From Mustelus asterias (taxonomy: Eukaryota): a stretch of 64,000 bases of DNA. Under the pieces are notes generated by a model. That model was given only the letters and a program-made list of their open reading frames with translations, did no database searches and was not told the origin of the DNA. The stretch lies in NCBI RefSeq assembly GCF_964213995.1, contig NC_135808.1:25172001-25236000 (forward strand), written 5' to 3'. Made by a program: the position numbers and the translations under genes. Numbering within the stretch: position 1 is the stretch's first letter; each line of letters starts with the position of its first letter. Below are positions 49,170-61,127 of the stretch, in pieces.

Positions 49170-51305
49170 AGGCGCGTGGTGGGGAGGTGGAATTTCTTAG
49201 TTGCGCCCAGGGGGTTGCTGGGAGCAACATGTATATAGTCCAACTAGGGAGGGGCCACATGAGACCTGATTTCGGGAAATGAGCCCGGTCAGGTGATCAA
49301 CGTTTCAGTGGCGGAGCATTTTGGGAACAGTGACCATCGGTCATAAGTTTAAGTTTTTTATGGATAATTATAAGAGTAGCCCTCAGTTGAAAGTATTAAA
49401 CTGGGGGAAGGCTAACTGTGACACTATTAACCAGGAACGGGGGAAAGTAGATTGCGGCAACTGTTTGAGAGTAAATCTGCATCTGTCATGTGGGAATATA
49501 TTAAAGGCCAATTGATTCGAATTAAGGACCAGCATGTTCGAGTGAAAATAATGGATGAGAATCACATGATTCGGGAACATTGGATGATAAGAGAAATTGT
49601 GAGCTTAGGTGAAAAGGAAAAAGCGGGTGTACGTAAGGTTTGTCAAACTGAAGACAGCCAGAACCCTCGAAGAATATAAAGAAAGTAGGAACGAACTTAA
49701 ACAAGGAGCTAGTAGGACTGGACGTGGCCATAAATTATCATTAGCAAACAGAGTTAAGGAAAATCCAAAGGCATTTTATAGATATACACATTAGGAAGAA
49801 GAGGTTTGCGAGGGAAAGTTGAGGGCCACTCAAGGACAAAGGACGACATTTATGAGTGGAACAGGAGAAAGTGAATTGGGCCCCGTACTGAACATTCTGC
49901 ACCAGTATTCACAAAGGAAAAGGACATGATGGAGCGTGAATTTAGAGAGGGATACGTTGATACCGCGGCACGGTACCACCGCGGTTAGCACTGTTGGTTC
50001 ACAGCTCCAGCGACCTGGGTTCGATTCCCGGCTTGGGTCACTGTCTGTGTGGAGTTTTCACATTCTCCTCGTGTCTGCGTGGTTTTCCTCCGGGTGCTCC
50101 GGTTGCCTCTCACAGTCCAAAGATGTGCAGGTTAGGTTGATTGGCCATGTTAAAATTGCCCCTTAGTGTCCTGAGATGCGTAAATTAGAGGGATTAGCCA
50201 TTAAGTGTGTAGGGATATGGGGGTAGGGCCTGGGTGGGATTGTGGTCGGTGCAGACTCGATGGGCCAGATGGCCTCTTTCTGCACTGTAGGGTTTCTATG
50301 ATTTTATGATATTCTAGGGTATACCGACATTAAAAAAAGTATTGGGTGTTTTGAAAATAAATAGGGTCGACAGGTCCTCAGAATATGATGGGATATATTC
50401 GAGAATAATGAGAAAGGCAAGTGAGGAAATTATTGGTGCCTTGTGAGAAATCTTTCTTCTTTAGTCACAGGAGAGGTCCGAGAGAAATGGAGAATAGCGA
50501 ATGTTGTTCCTTTGTTTAAGAGGTGCAACAGTGATAATCCGGGAAATGACAGGCCAGGAGTCTTCCATCACTGGTCAGGAAATAATTGGAGAAGATTCTT
50601 ATGTACAGGATTTACTCACGTTTGAAAAAAAAATGACTCATTAGCGATAAGCAGCATGACTTTATGAGGGGGTGGTCGTGTCTCACATACTAGATTCAGT
50701 TTTTGAGGAAAGGGCAAAGATGATTTATGAGGACAGGGCGGTGGAGATTGTCTGCATGGACTTTAATAAAGCCTTTGACTAGGTCCCTCATGGCAGGCTG
50801 ATGCAGAAGACAAAGTCACATGAGACCTGCGGTGAATGGTAGGGTGGGTGCAGAACTAGTTTGGTCATAGAAGACAGAGGGTGGCGGTGGAAGAATGTGT
50901 TTGCTTTGACTGGAGATTTGTGATCAGCGGTGTTCCACAAGATTAGTGCTGGGGGTCCTGTTGTTCGTAATATACATAAATGGTTTGGAGGAGCGTGCAA
51001 GTGGTCTGATTATGTTTGCGGATGACACAGAGATCGTGGGAGCTACAAATACTAGATGGATTGCCAGATGATACAGCACGATATTGATCGGCTGGAGAAT
51101 TAGGCGGGGAAATGACAGATGAAACTTAATCGAGACAAGAAAGGGGTGATGCATTTTCGAAGGTGTAGTGCAGGAGGGAAGTATACAGTAAATGGCAGAA
51201 CCTTAGAAACATTGACATACGACAGAATCAAAACCCGCAGTTTCTGAAAGTGGCAGCACAAGTGGATAAAGTGGTCAAGAAGGTATATGGCATGCTTCCC
51301 TTCCT
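49170..51305 (+). mobile_element. Degenerate CR1 LINE containing a nested HE1 SINE
   Basis: LKVLNWGKAN, LANRVKENPKAFY, WRIANVVPLFK and MFADDT remnants. Confidence 0.8.
49965..50310 (+). mobile_element. HE1-type SINE nested in a CR1
   Basis: Similar to 35489-35838; interrupts the CR1 sequence. Confidence 0.85.
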
Positions 51306-51329
51306 GTACACTCCAGAATACTTCAGCAA

Positions 51330-52475
51330 TGTAGCCATCGAAATAATGAATGCATTGGTGGTCTTCTTCTAATGTTATTCTGAATCTGAAACAGTTGCTA
51401 CAGATTGGAGGGTAACTAATGGAACCCCACTATTTAAAAAAACAGGGGTAGAAAGAAAACAGGGAATTATAGACCCGTAAAAATTCTAGAATTGATTATC
51501 AAAGATTTCGTTGCAAGGCACTTCATAAACAATTGTAGAATCGGGCCGAGTCAGCATGCATATACAAGAGGGAGATCATTGACAAATCTGCTAGAATTCT
51601 TCGAAGGTGCAACTCGTAGACTTGAGGAGGGGGTACCTTTGGAATGGTTTTATTTGGAGAAGGCCCACGTAAGATATTAGCGTATAAAAGTAAAACACAT
51701 GGAATTGGGGGTCGTGCATTGAGATGGATACAAAACTGGTTGGCAGACAGGAAGTAAAGAGTAGGAATAAACGGATCTTCTTTTCTGAATTGCAGGCAGC
51801 GACTAGTCGAATTCTGCAGGTATAGGTGTGGGACCGCAGCTTTTCCCAATATATGTTAGTGATTTAGATGAGGAAACCAAATGTAATAGCTCTAAATTTT
51901 CAGACCACAGACACTTAGGTGGGTGGGTGAGCTATGAGGATGATACAGATATTATTCAGTTTGATTTGGACCAGCTGAGTGAGTGCGCAAATCCATGGCA
52001 AATGCAGTGTGATCTGGATAGCAAAAGCAGGAAGACATGTTAGTATCTGACCGACTATAAATTAGGAGAAATGAATGTGAAAGATACCTGGGTCTTCGTG
52101 TACACCAGTCGCTTAAGGTAAGCAGACATGAGCAACAACCGGTAAAGAAGGCTAATTTTACTTTGCCGTTCATAGCGAGAGGGTTTGAGCACAGGAACCG
52201 GGATATCTTGCTGTAGTGATATACAGCGTTGGTCAGGCCTCACGTCGAATGTAGTGTGTGGTTTCCTCCTTATCTGAGAAAGGATTGTCCTGCTATAGAG
52301 GAAGTGCAGAGGAGGTTTACCAGACTGATTGCAGAGGTGGAATGAATAACATTGAATCGGTTATGACTATATTCAAGGGACTTTGGAAGATAAGTGGGAC
52401 CTCACAGAAATGTATGAAATTCCATTAGGGCTGGACAGATTAGATGTAGGAAGGATGTTGCCAATAGTGGGATTC
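51330..52475 (+). mobile_element. Degenerate CR1 LINE (RT region)
   Basis: SQHAYTRGRSLTNLLEFFE and GPQLFPIYVSDLDEETKCNSSKFSDH. Confidence 0.75.
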
Positions 52476-54441
52476 AGGGTCAAAATAGGTTTTAATTGAT
52501 GTTTTAACGACCCCAAACAGTTCTGATTCACCTCTGTGATGGATACAAGGGAGCCCCCTATGCGTTCTAACTTCCACCGCAAGAGAATGGGACCACATAG
52601 AGATCCTGACCAATGTCAATTTCCAGGACCTTCACATCCAAATCGCCCTGAGTACGACATCCACTTGGATGGGAAACAACTGCCAATTGTTTCTGCTTCA
52701 CTTTCCGTTAATCTTGCCCGACCTGCTGAGTATTTCTAGCATTTTCCGATTTTAATTCGGATTTCTGAAATGTGCACTATCTCACTTTTGTTGAGGATCA
52801 TACTGAGAGGGAGAGGTTAGTGGAAAGGAGTCACATATCTTTGGAGCCTAGCTCATTGCGTTCTTCTGTTTCTTACTATCAATATATTGAAACCTATTCA
52901 TTTAACAGAGGAGCTTTTAGTCAAATATTTGAATGCACCAAGGTTGAGGCAGGTAGCCTCTCATTGGTATGTCAATTGGCATTCCGGAAAATAAAGTGCA
53001 ATACCCCTAACAATGGTCAATATTTTCCACAAATACTCTGGATGGGAAAGGGTATCTTATTTCCTATTGTCTTTTTATTTACTTTTTTCTCTGGTTACTC
53101 CCCTTTGATGTTTTTCTGTATTTCGGGTACTCAGCATTGTGTTTTCATATTTTACAGCTTATTTTATGACTCGGACAATGTCCACACGAATGTCTAATCC
53201 TAACGTGAAAAGGTAAGTTCTCTTCATCTCTACCGGCTCACTCAGTTAAGCACTTTGAGATGATGAACAACATTGCTAACTTGATAGACAGTGAAAACAA
53301 ATGTAAATATGCAGGAGGATTTTGTGACAAGGTTTAACGAATCCACTACACAAAGTTCTGTGCCACCACTGGAGCGCAACCAAGATTCTACACATTCTAA
53401 TTCAACGTAATTTACGGGAGCATTCTGTTACTCCCTGAACACTGACCTCAAGGCAGTTATGTTATGTTTGTTTGTGGGCACAATTGTATTATACACCAGG
53501 GAATATGGATATTGCTGGCTGGGCCAGCATTTATTGTCCATCCGTAATTGTCCCTTCAGAAAATGGTCGTGAATGCCTTCTTGATCTCTGCAGTCCACGT
53601 GATGCAGGTACACCCGCAGTGCTGAGAGGAAGGAAGTTCAGTGATTTGGACCCAATATACAGAGAAACAAAACACAGAAATTCATCAGGGCATCCAGTTT
53701 GGTGCTTTGGCATCAGCCCGGGTCATGGACGTCTGCATTGTTAGATAATCAACAACCGCCTGTAGTTCAAAATGGAAATTGTTATCTTCCCAAGAAACGT
53801 TTTTAAATAATGAATCAACTAGATCGAATCAATTCAAAAATATGTTCTGAAATGGCGATAGCTAATATTTATGTAAGAAGCATCAAATGAATGGAGGAAT
53901 CGGAATCGCTTATTACACTACGCTTCTTCAGTCCTCAACCTGAACAGAGATTATTGGCAATAATTTGGCGATCCATGATTGTTTTACTACCGTTAGCAAG
54001 CAGAGATTCCACCCACCCCTTCCCCTGCGCCCCAACCCCTGTCCGCCTCATACAGAAGTCCCCAGCCTGCTTCAGCTGGAATAGCGAAATTGCGAAATTG
54101 AGCTAATAGCCCACCGGAAGTTACATATCAGGGTTCAGTAATATTTTCTATTTTATTTAATGTTGTAAAGTGTGAACATTCCTCATTAAAAATGCTTCTG
54201 CTATATTTTCGGATGCTTACATTTCGGGCAATTGCATATTCCAGTTCATGCATACGCCACCATAAACAGCATCCCCTTTACTTATAACAGTCTTCAGAGA
54301 TTTATGGGATATAATTCAAATCTACTTTCAAGAGTGCACACAATAATGTAACAGAATGAATATACATTTTGAATGTCCATAATGGAAGTCGACATAATCA
54401 ATATACATAAATTGTTCAGAAATTGGGGCGTATGGCTGTTG

Positions 54442-55857
54442 CTATCTTGTTGCAGCAATATTATTGTACTGACATAAGAGAAGATGTTTGAACGTTTTCT
54501 TGAACGTAGCATTACATAATGCGTAGCATGCTGGGTTGATGGTACTATTGATGTAGCAGAGCCAGTATCCAATAATCCAGAATGTGTTGGGGACGCAGAT
54601 TGAACAGAAGGTGTCAACAAGTACCATGACATTGTAGGGGGCCCAGGTGATGATAAATGCCAGCAGTATGGCTAGGATGGTCTTAGTTACCTTTTTCTCT
54701 CGAGATGCAGCTCCTTTCTTCTTCTTGGCAGGGACATTGGACAACGTAACAATCTCATTGTCTGCTCTGATTTCTCTGGCATTACTATTCCCGCTGCCAC
54801 TACCTCGCATGATACCTGTTATGCTGCCACAATCATTCTTTACAGATGTTCGAGTTGTTTTTAAGCAGGAGAGTTTGGAGCTGTCCATCCTAAAAGAGCT
54901 TTGTGTAGTAGAGATGGTTGTACTCTCTTCTACCGCCCCTTTCTCCTCTTCCATTTTTTGGACCCCACTTGGAGATTTTGACTCATTGTAGAGTTCCTTC
55001 TTCTCTTGGCTACAAGTATTAATTATTATTTCTCCAGTCATTTTGCCATTTTGCAGTTTGACTTGTGACAAATGAGCCGAATTATCTGAAATGCTGTTTT
55101 TGTTCAGGTCCATTGTCTTGCCCTTCGCTGGAGTGTGTGAAATGATTTCCTTGCTTGATTCATACTCCTGTGTATACTCTTTCATTCGGCTTTTACTGGC
55201 ACGAGATATTTGCATGTATAAAATCACCATGATAACGACAGGGAGATAAAAGGCAGCCACAGCCGTGCCAAAAGTGACAGCTGGATTTGAGAAGAACTGT
55301 ATATAACACTCACCCGCAATAACTGTCCGCTCCCCTGTGATGAATTGCCAGAAGAGAATCGCAGGAGCCCACAAAACAAACGACAGCACCCAAGCAGCTG
55401 CGACCATCATCGCTGCCATCTTCGCTGTTCTATTCACTGGGTAACTCAGTGGCTTTGTCACGCAGAAGTAGCGGTCAAAGCTGATGACTAGGAGGTTCAT
55501 GGCAGATGCATTGCTGACAACATAATCTAGCGCGAGCCACAAATCACATACCACTGGACCCAATGGCCAGTAGCCCATTACAATGTAAGTGGTGTACAGA
55601 TTCATGGAGAACACGCCAATAATCAAATCAGCACAGGCTAAGCTGAAAATAAAGTAATTGTTAATAGTTTGTAAATGTCTGTTTACTTTGATAGAAACGA
55701 TGACCAGTATGTTTCCAATAATTGTCACCAAGCTTAAACATCCTGTCAAAATCACAATGAAAACCACTTCGATTGTTTTGTAATGACTTTCTCTTTCAAT
55801 ATCGAACAAGCCTGTTAGGTTGCCGTGAGTTTCATTTATTTCTGTTGAGTTTGCCAT
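54442..55857 (-). CDS. CHRM2: Muscarinic acetylcholine receptor M2-like, copy C (471 aa from the ATG at 55857, near-canonical pocket)
   Basis: Intact ORF with [20 protein letters not shown] and [31 protein letters not shown], essentially as in mammalian M2. The ATG (MANSTE) aligns with the A and B starts. Confidence 0.95.
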   Translation of the reverse strand: MANSTEINETHGNLTGLFDIERESHYKTIEVVFIVILTGCLSLVTIIGNILVIVSIKVNRHLQTINNYFIFSLACADLIIGVFSMNLYTTYIVMGYWPLGPVVCDLWLALDYVVSNASAMNLLVISFDRYFCVTKPLSYPVNRTAKMAAMMVAAAWVLSFVLWAPAILFWQFITGERTVIAGECYIQFFSNPAVTFGTAVAAFYLPVVIMVILYMQISRASKSRMKEYTQEYESSKEIISHTPAKGKTMDLNKNSISDNSAHLSQVKLQNGKMTGEIIINTCSQEKKELYNESKSPSGVQKMEEEKGAVEESTTISTTQSSFRMDSSKLSCLKTTRTSVKNDCGSITGIMRGSGSGNSNAREIRADNEIVTLSNVPAKKKKGAASREKKVTKTILAILLAFIITWAPYNVMVLVDTFCSICVPNTFWIIGYWLCYINSTINPACYALCNATFKKTFKHLLLCQYNNIAATR

Positions 55858-57199
55858 TATTCCTCTCTGAGGTGCAGTTAACACTGACGAGACATAAATG
55901 CAGAACAATAATTTTTTTAAAAAGAAACAGGTTGCAGATGTTCAAATTAAATTGGATGCTAATTGAAGTTCTACAAACAAGAACATTGAAAGGAAATTGT
56001 AAAATTCAAAATGTTTGTCAGAAAGAACTTTGTTCTAACCAGGATCTATCTCATGTGATAATTTATGAACAAATAATTATGAAATAATAGATAATAACTT
56101 GATGTTGATGAGGGTCTTTGCCAACATGTCTCCTTGTTTTATATTTATTGATCCGATTGTTCTGGGTTAATTAGCTTTGCTCTTAGTATGTTGGTAAAGC
56201 AAAGTCACCACAGCCACAAAAGTCCACAGACTGTTTTCCCCTTTGAGGGGAGAAGCTGACTGGTGGTGACTAAACCTGAGGATCACAACACCTCTGGCAA
56301 GGAGCAAGGTTGAGAAGGCTTGCCTTTATGAATTTGTTCAGCCGGTATGGGAATTGAACCCGCCTCACTAACCAGCTGGCCAGCCAACTGAGAATGCAGC
56401 GCAGGTTGCCATCGTGGGATGGCAGGATTTTTGAATGATGAGGGATTAGTTCTGACAGGCCCTTGCTTGCATTTAGAAGAATGAAAGTGGATCTAATAGA
56501 AACGTACACAATTTGGATAGGGCTGGAAAAATGTATATTTCCTCTGACTGGAATGTCTCGAACAAGGTGCAACAGTCTCAGAATGTTTGCATCGTCCTGT
56601 GAGGTAAGACAGTTTTAAATCACATCAGAGAGCACATACGCCACTCCAGATTTCTCCAACTGATTCTGCATCCTCCCACCAGAACATCACTTCCTCAGTA
56701 CTGATTATCCTGAAATATTTCCTCAATGCTGATCCTCTGATTGTGCAGCTCCTCTTAACTACACCCCCCCCACCCCCCATCCCACTACAGTCTGGTACTC
56801 CTATCCTTATGAAAGTGCAAACTATATTCAGTGATGACCATCCTTACACCACTGAAGCATTCCCTCAGTATTTGAGGGAATAGACTGTCATCAGATTCTC
56901 CACTGTTTGGGAAATCAGTGATTTGGTGGAAAAACTAGACGAAATAACTTGTCCTCTGTTAATGTACAAATGTGCATGCAATTCTAACCGCGCTGCATAA
57001 GGTTGAGGAGGGATGATGTTTCCCCTGGCTTGGACCAAACAGTCACGGTTGCAAGATACGGGGTTGGCTATTTAGGTCGAAGACAAGGAGAAACGGCTTC
57101 ACTCAGAGGGCGGTGAACATGTGGAAAGCTCTACCACTAGAGTATGAATAATCTCTGCCACAGGTTGAGTGTCTTGGGCTGCAAGAGGTAATGGTTAAA

Positions 57200-58085
57200 T
57201 GGGCAGATATGTGACAGATGGAAATTAAACTTGAAATGTGTGAGGTGATAACATAAGAATGAATAATTTGTCAAGCAATTATTCAATGAACGGCCAGACA
57301 GTAAGAACGTCCTACTGTCCCAAAGGGACCTTAGGGTATTTGTCCACAGATCGCTGAAGACGGAAAGACAGGATAGTAGGGTGGTGGAAAAGGCATACAG
57401 GGCACTTGCCTTTATCAAACGAGGCACCGATTACAAAAGCAGGGAAGTAATGTTGGAGTTGTGCAGAATTGTGGTGAGGCCATAGCTGGAGCAATATGTC
57501 CAGTTCTGTTCACCACATTATAAGAAGGACCTACTTGCACTCGATGGTGTGCAGAGGAGATTCCCCTGGATGTTGCCTGAAAGGGAACATTTAAGTTATG
57601 AAGAAAGGTTCTTTAGGCATGGGTTGTTTTCCTTGGATCAGAGAAGATTGGGTGGGGGGAGGGGCGTGGTGGGGGGGGGGGGGGGCGTGGGGTGGTGGGG
57701 CGGCTGATAGAGGTGTGCAATACTATGAGGGGCATGGACAGAATGGATAATAAGAAACTGTCCCTCTTAGTTGAAGAGTCAGTCACGAGGGGACACAAGT
57801 TCAAGATGAGGGGCAGGAGGTTTAGGTTTAATGTTAGGAAAAACGTTTCTGCCCAGAGGATGTTGAAGGCCTGGAATGTGCTGCCTGAGAAGGTGGCAGA
57901 GGCACATTTCCTCATATCCTTTAAAATGTTCCTGATGAGCACTTGGCACGTCATAACGTTCAAGGTTATGTGCCAAGTGCCCGTAAATGGGTTTAGTGAG
58001 GACAGGTGTTTCTCAGGTGTTAGTAGAGACTCAAAGGGCAGAAGGGCCTCTTCTGCACTGTATAATTCTACAATTCTGCAATTCT
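57200..58085 (+). mobile_element. CR1 3' fragment with an internal G-rich expansion (about 57649-57702)
   Basis: ESVTRGHKFKMRGRRFRFNVRKN...KAWNVLP; CTGCACTGTATAATTCT-type tail. Confidence 0.8.
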
Positions 58086-58608
58086 AAGTGATTGGAGGCT
58101 AAGTCACTGATGTGCTTAAGAAGGAAATAAAATTTCTAAACGCTAAAAATGTCGAAGGTATTGGCAGAGAGTGCAAGAGTATGGTGTTGAGAAATAGAAC
58201 ATCAGGCAAGATGACATTGAATGATAGAGCAGGATTTATGAGCTGGATGGCCTGCCCCTGCTTCTATTATCTATGTGCATGCATCCCACTCATCTCGTCT
58301 CTCTCCCCGTGCACTGCCGCCCCACGATTGCGCCCTATACACGCTTGTTTTTAATTAAAGGAATCTTTCCACTTGCAGCAACTCTTTTCCGTGGATACTT
58401 GACATTTGTAATGTTGTCTCCACGTTGCCTTTAGCATTTAACTGTCTTAAATTTATTCAGCCACGCGGCTGCACATTTTGCCAGCCTATGTTCTTTTATT
58501 ATTGCTCGCACTGAATACTGTGTTTGAATCTTGTGTCCCATTTTACCGTTTAAATTACATCTCTTGGACTCAACTCCAGATAATTAATGCATCAACTGGA
58601 ACAAGGAA

Positions 58609-59537
58609 TTAGCGTTGATGTTGGAAATTATTCACTCTTTTCACCATAAATTTCGCAATTTGAGAACAGAGATATTTGGACATATTCTTAAACTGCTCTC
58701 TGAACTTTGTCTGAGTCGCAGCATAAACGCAAGTGTTTGTGCAACAATTCAGGAGCTGAAGGTTGAATCCTATTTCTTGGACATTATCGGTCAACAGTAC
58801 TGACCCATACCCAAAAAAAGACATTTTAACCCATACATAATACATAATATATATTGAACAAGACAGGATGAAATTTCCAGAGATTAACAGCAGTAAAAAT
58901 ATATAATTTCTTCTGCTCTCTATCTCTAGGTCTGTGAGATTTTCCTTACTGCTGTGACCCTCAAGACTCCTGTGGGTTCTGTCGGAGAATAAAATATGTC
59001 CAACAGTTAAAACACTGAACAGCAGAATTAAAACATATGGGACACCCAGGGTGAGAATATCGTGAATGAGAATGACTGTGAACCAGCCTTGCAATTCCGG
59101 AACATTGTTTGGTACAGAACAAAACCAGGGGATGTACCACAGTCCATTCTGATCTGTTAATACAAAATGCCACATTGTAGCCTTTAAACAACACAAAAGT
59201 ATCACTATTCCCAGAGCTGCAACCGCCGTTTTCTCACTGCAATATTTCCTTTTCAGCTCCTTGCAGTAAATGGCCACAAATCCATTAAAAGTGAAAGTGA
59301 CAGTGAACCAGGCAGAAGAGTCTGCGGTTGCATAAAGCAGGGTGCCAAGGACATTGCACATGGGGACGTGATAGTCAAAAAGAAACTCTTCCTGATAGAC
59401 TGTCAGAATGCTCCTCATTATCAGGTTGATAATTATTACCAGCAGGTCTGCTGCTTCGATGGCCACCAGGTAGCATGTAAAACCCTTCGAGAGACCACAC
59501 TTTCCCCGCAACAGTATCACAATTGTCACTACGTTAA
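58609..59537 (-). CDS. GPR139-like orphan GPCR copy C, coding exon 2 (exon 1 not found, presumably beyond the window end)
   Basis: Acceptor ttccctctttctcgtag|TT AAC GTA. Open frame with ILLRGKCGLSKGFTCYLVAIEAADLL and NTCVYAATQTKFREQF. The DRF motif is replaced by NGF, so function is uncertain. Confidence 0.8.
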
Positions 59538-59669
59538 CTACGAGAAAGAGGGAAATGAGAATAAGAAACGAGGAATAATACATTCGGCCAAATGAAAAGT
59601 TAACATTTTCACTGAATAGTTACTGAAATCTGAAAAAAAATCAAAATATGTAGTGAAATATTGAATTGT

Positions 59670-60530
59670 CTTTTCTTAGGACGACTGACCTATACATTCC
59701 GATTGTCATAGAAGGAGTGTCCGTTCACATACGGGAATCTTCTCGATATTAGGACAGAGAATCAGAACAAAAGAGTGGTATGTCCTGATCACATAACTTC
59801 AGTAATCTTCTGATGATGTGCTTGTTTTGCAAGCGAAGATTCAGCTCCAATGACTCATGATCATGAGCAATCGTACCATGCTTGTGCCATGTACCAACTC
59901 ATTATCGGTGTCAGGAAACCGGCAGCTATTGGACAAAGAGTTGTTTCTCTACCTGTGATCAGATTCAACAACATACCTCTGGGAACACTCAGAACATTCT
60001 TCTGTCTTGAATCACTAGTGGCAGTCAACTGGTTTCCTAACGATGACCGTTTTTGCTTCACTATGAAAACGGAAATGGAAAGGCAACTAACTATCCCACG
60101 GGACAAATGCACTTTATCTATAAGCCTATATCCTCAGAAAATTGTCGATTTGCTGTGATTCCTGGACAATCTACAGCTACAAAGAGAAAAGATTCAGTTA
60201 CATCAATTTCTAACATTGGTGACACATCCTTTGCATTCCGTGCACAGCCAAAATAATCGATGAAGCAGATATTTCTTGAACAAGCATGCTGATGCTAATG
60301 AAACAATGACGTCTACAGCGACTTGGTTGTGTGCACAAGGCAGAATATGGTGACATACCCAACGGGCATGCTATTAATGGAAATAACCCTTATCAGGAAA
60401 AGCGCAAAGTTCTGATTGTCGCATACCATAGACATGGACGACCACAACATCAATCATGACAACAGGGTATCTCCAATTAGTAAGGAAGCATATAGCGGCC
60501 CAAGCTATGGGAACGAGTTGGCTCCCATGA
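59670..60530 (+). mobile_element. Ancient RTE-clade LINE fossil in the intron of GPR139-like C
   Basis: By-eye DNA homology to 11040-11975 and 42900-43870 (e.g. CTGACCTAT, TCCTGATCA, CCTAACGATGA, ATGTCCTG anchors). Confidence 0.6.
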
Positions 60531-61127
60531 GAAAATGTGGATTCTGAAATGCAAAAGCAAATGTCAACCATGCAAATAATGCATCAGCAAAGATCATGTC
60601 CATCAAAGACAACGACATCTTCAGAGTAGCCCTTGAGGTAGATTTTTTCTTGCAGAACCTGCTTGTTCGGCTACGATCACAAGTGTAACAAATCATTGCA
60701 TGAGATCTCGCCAAAGTTCTGAGGTTGCATTCTGATAAATCACTGACTAAAGGAAGAATACCAACCCGAAATAAAAATTGAATTGCACCTGCGACACACC
60801 CATCTGCTGGAGGTAAAGACTGCCATCCAATGAAAGCAATTGTTAACGGGAAATTTACATTCGGCATGAAGCACCATATGAAGGAAAGGAATTAGTTAAA
60901 AAACAGATGAAGTTTGCTGCAGGACAGGCGATCCTTTTCCTGTTGCAATGCAATGAACTGAATGTTGCAGTGAACAGTGAAGACGAAAAGAAACATTTGC
61001 AACAGACGGCAAATCGAGTTGACAGAAAGTTGCCTCTTGGAATGGTTGCAATTTTCCCTCAGCTATGGCAGGCAGCATATCAATCAATGACTTCGACATG
61101 ACGAGTGAGGAGTGAAGCAGAGTCAAT

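Noticed and set aside
56596-56612. GAG|GTAAGACAG in unit C as a third copy of the conserved antisense donor
   Set aside because: It lies at the edge of a decayed CR1 fragment with no flanking homology to the A/B block.
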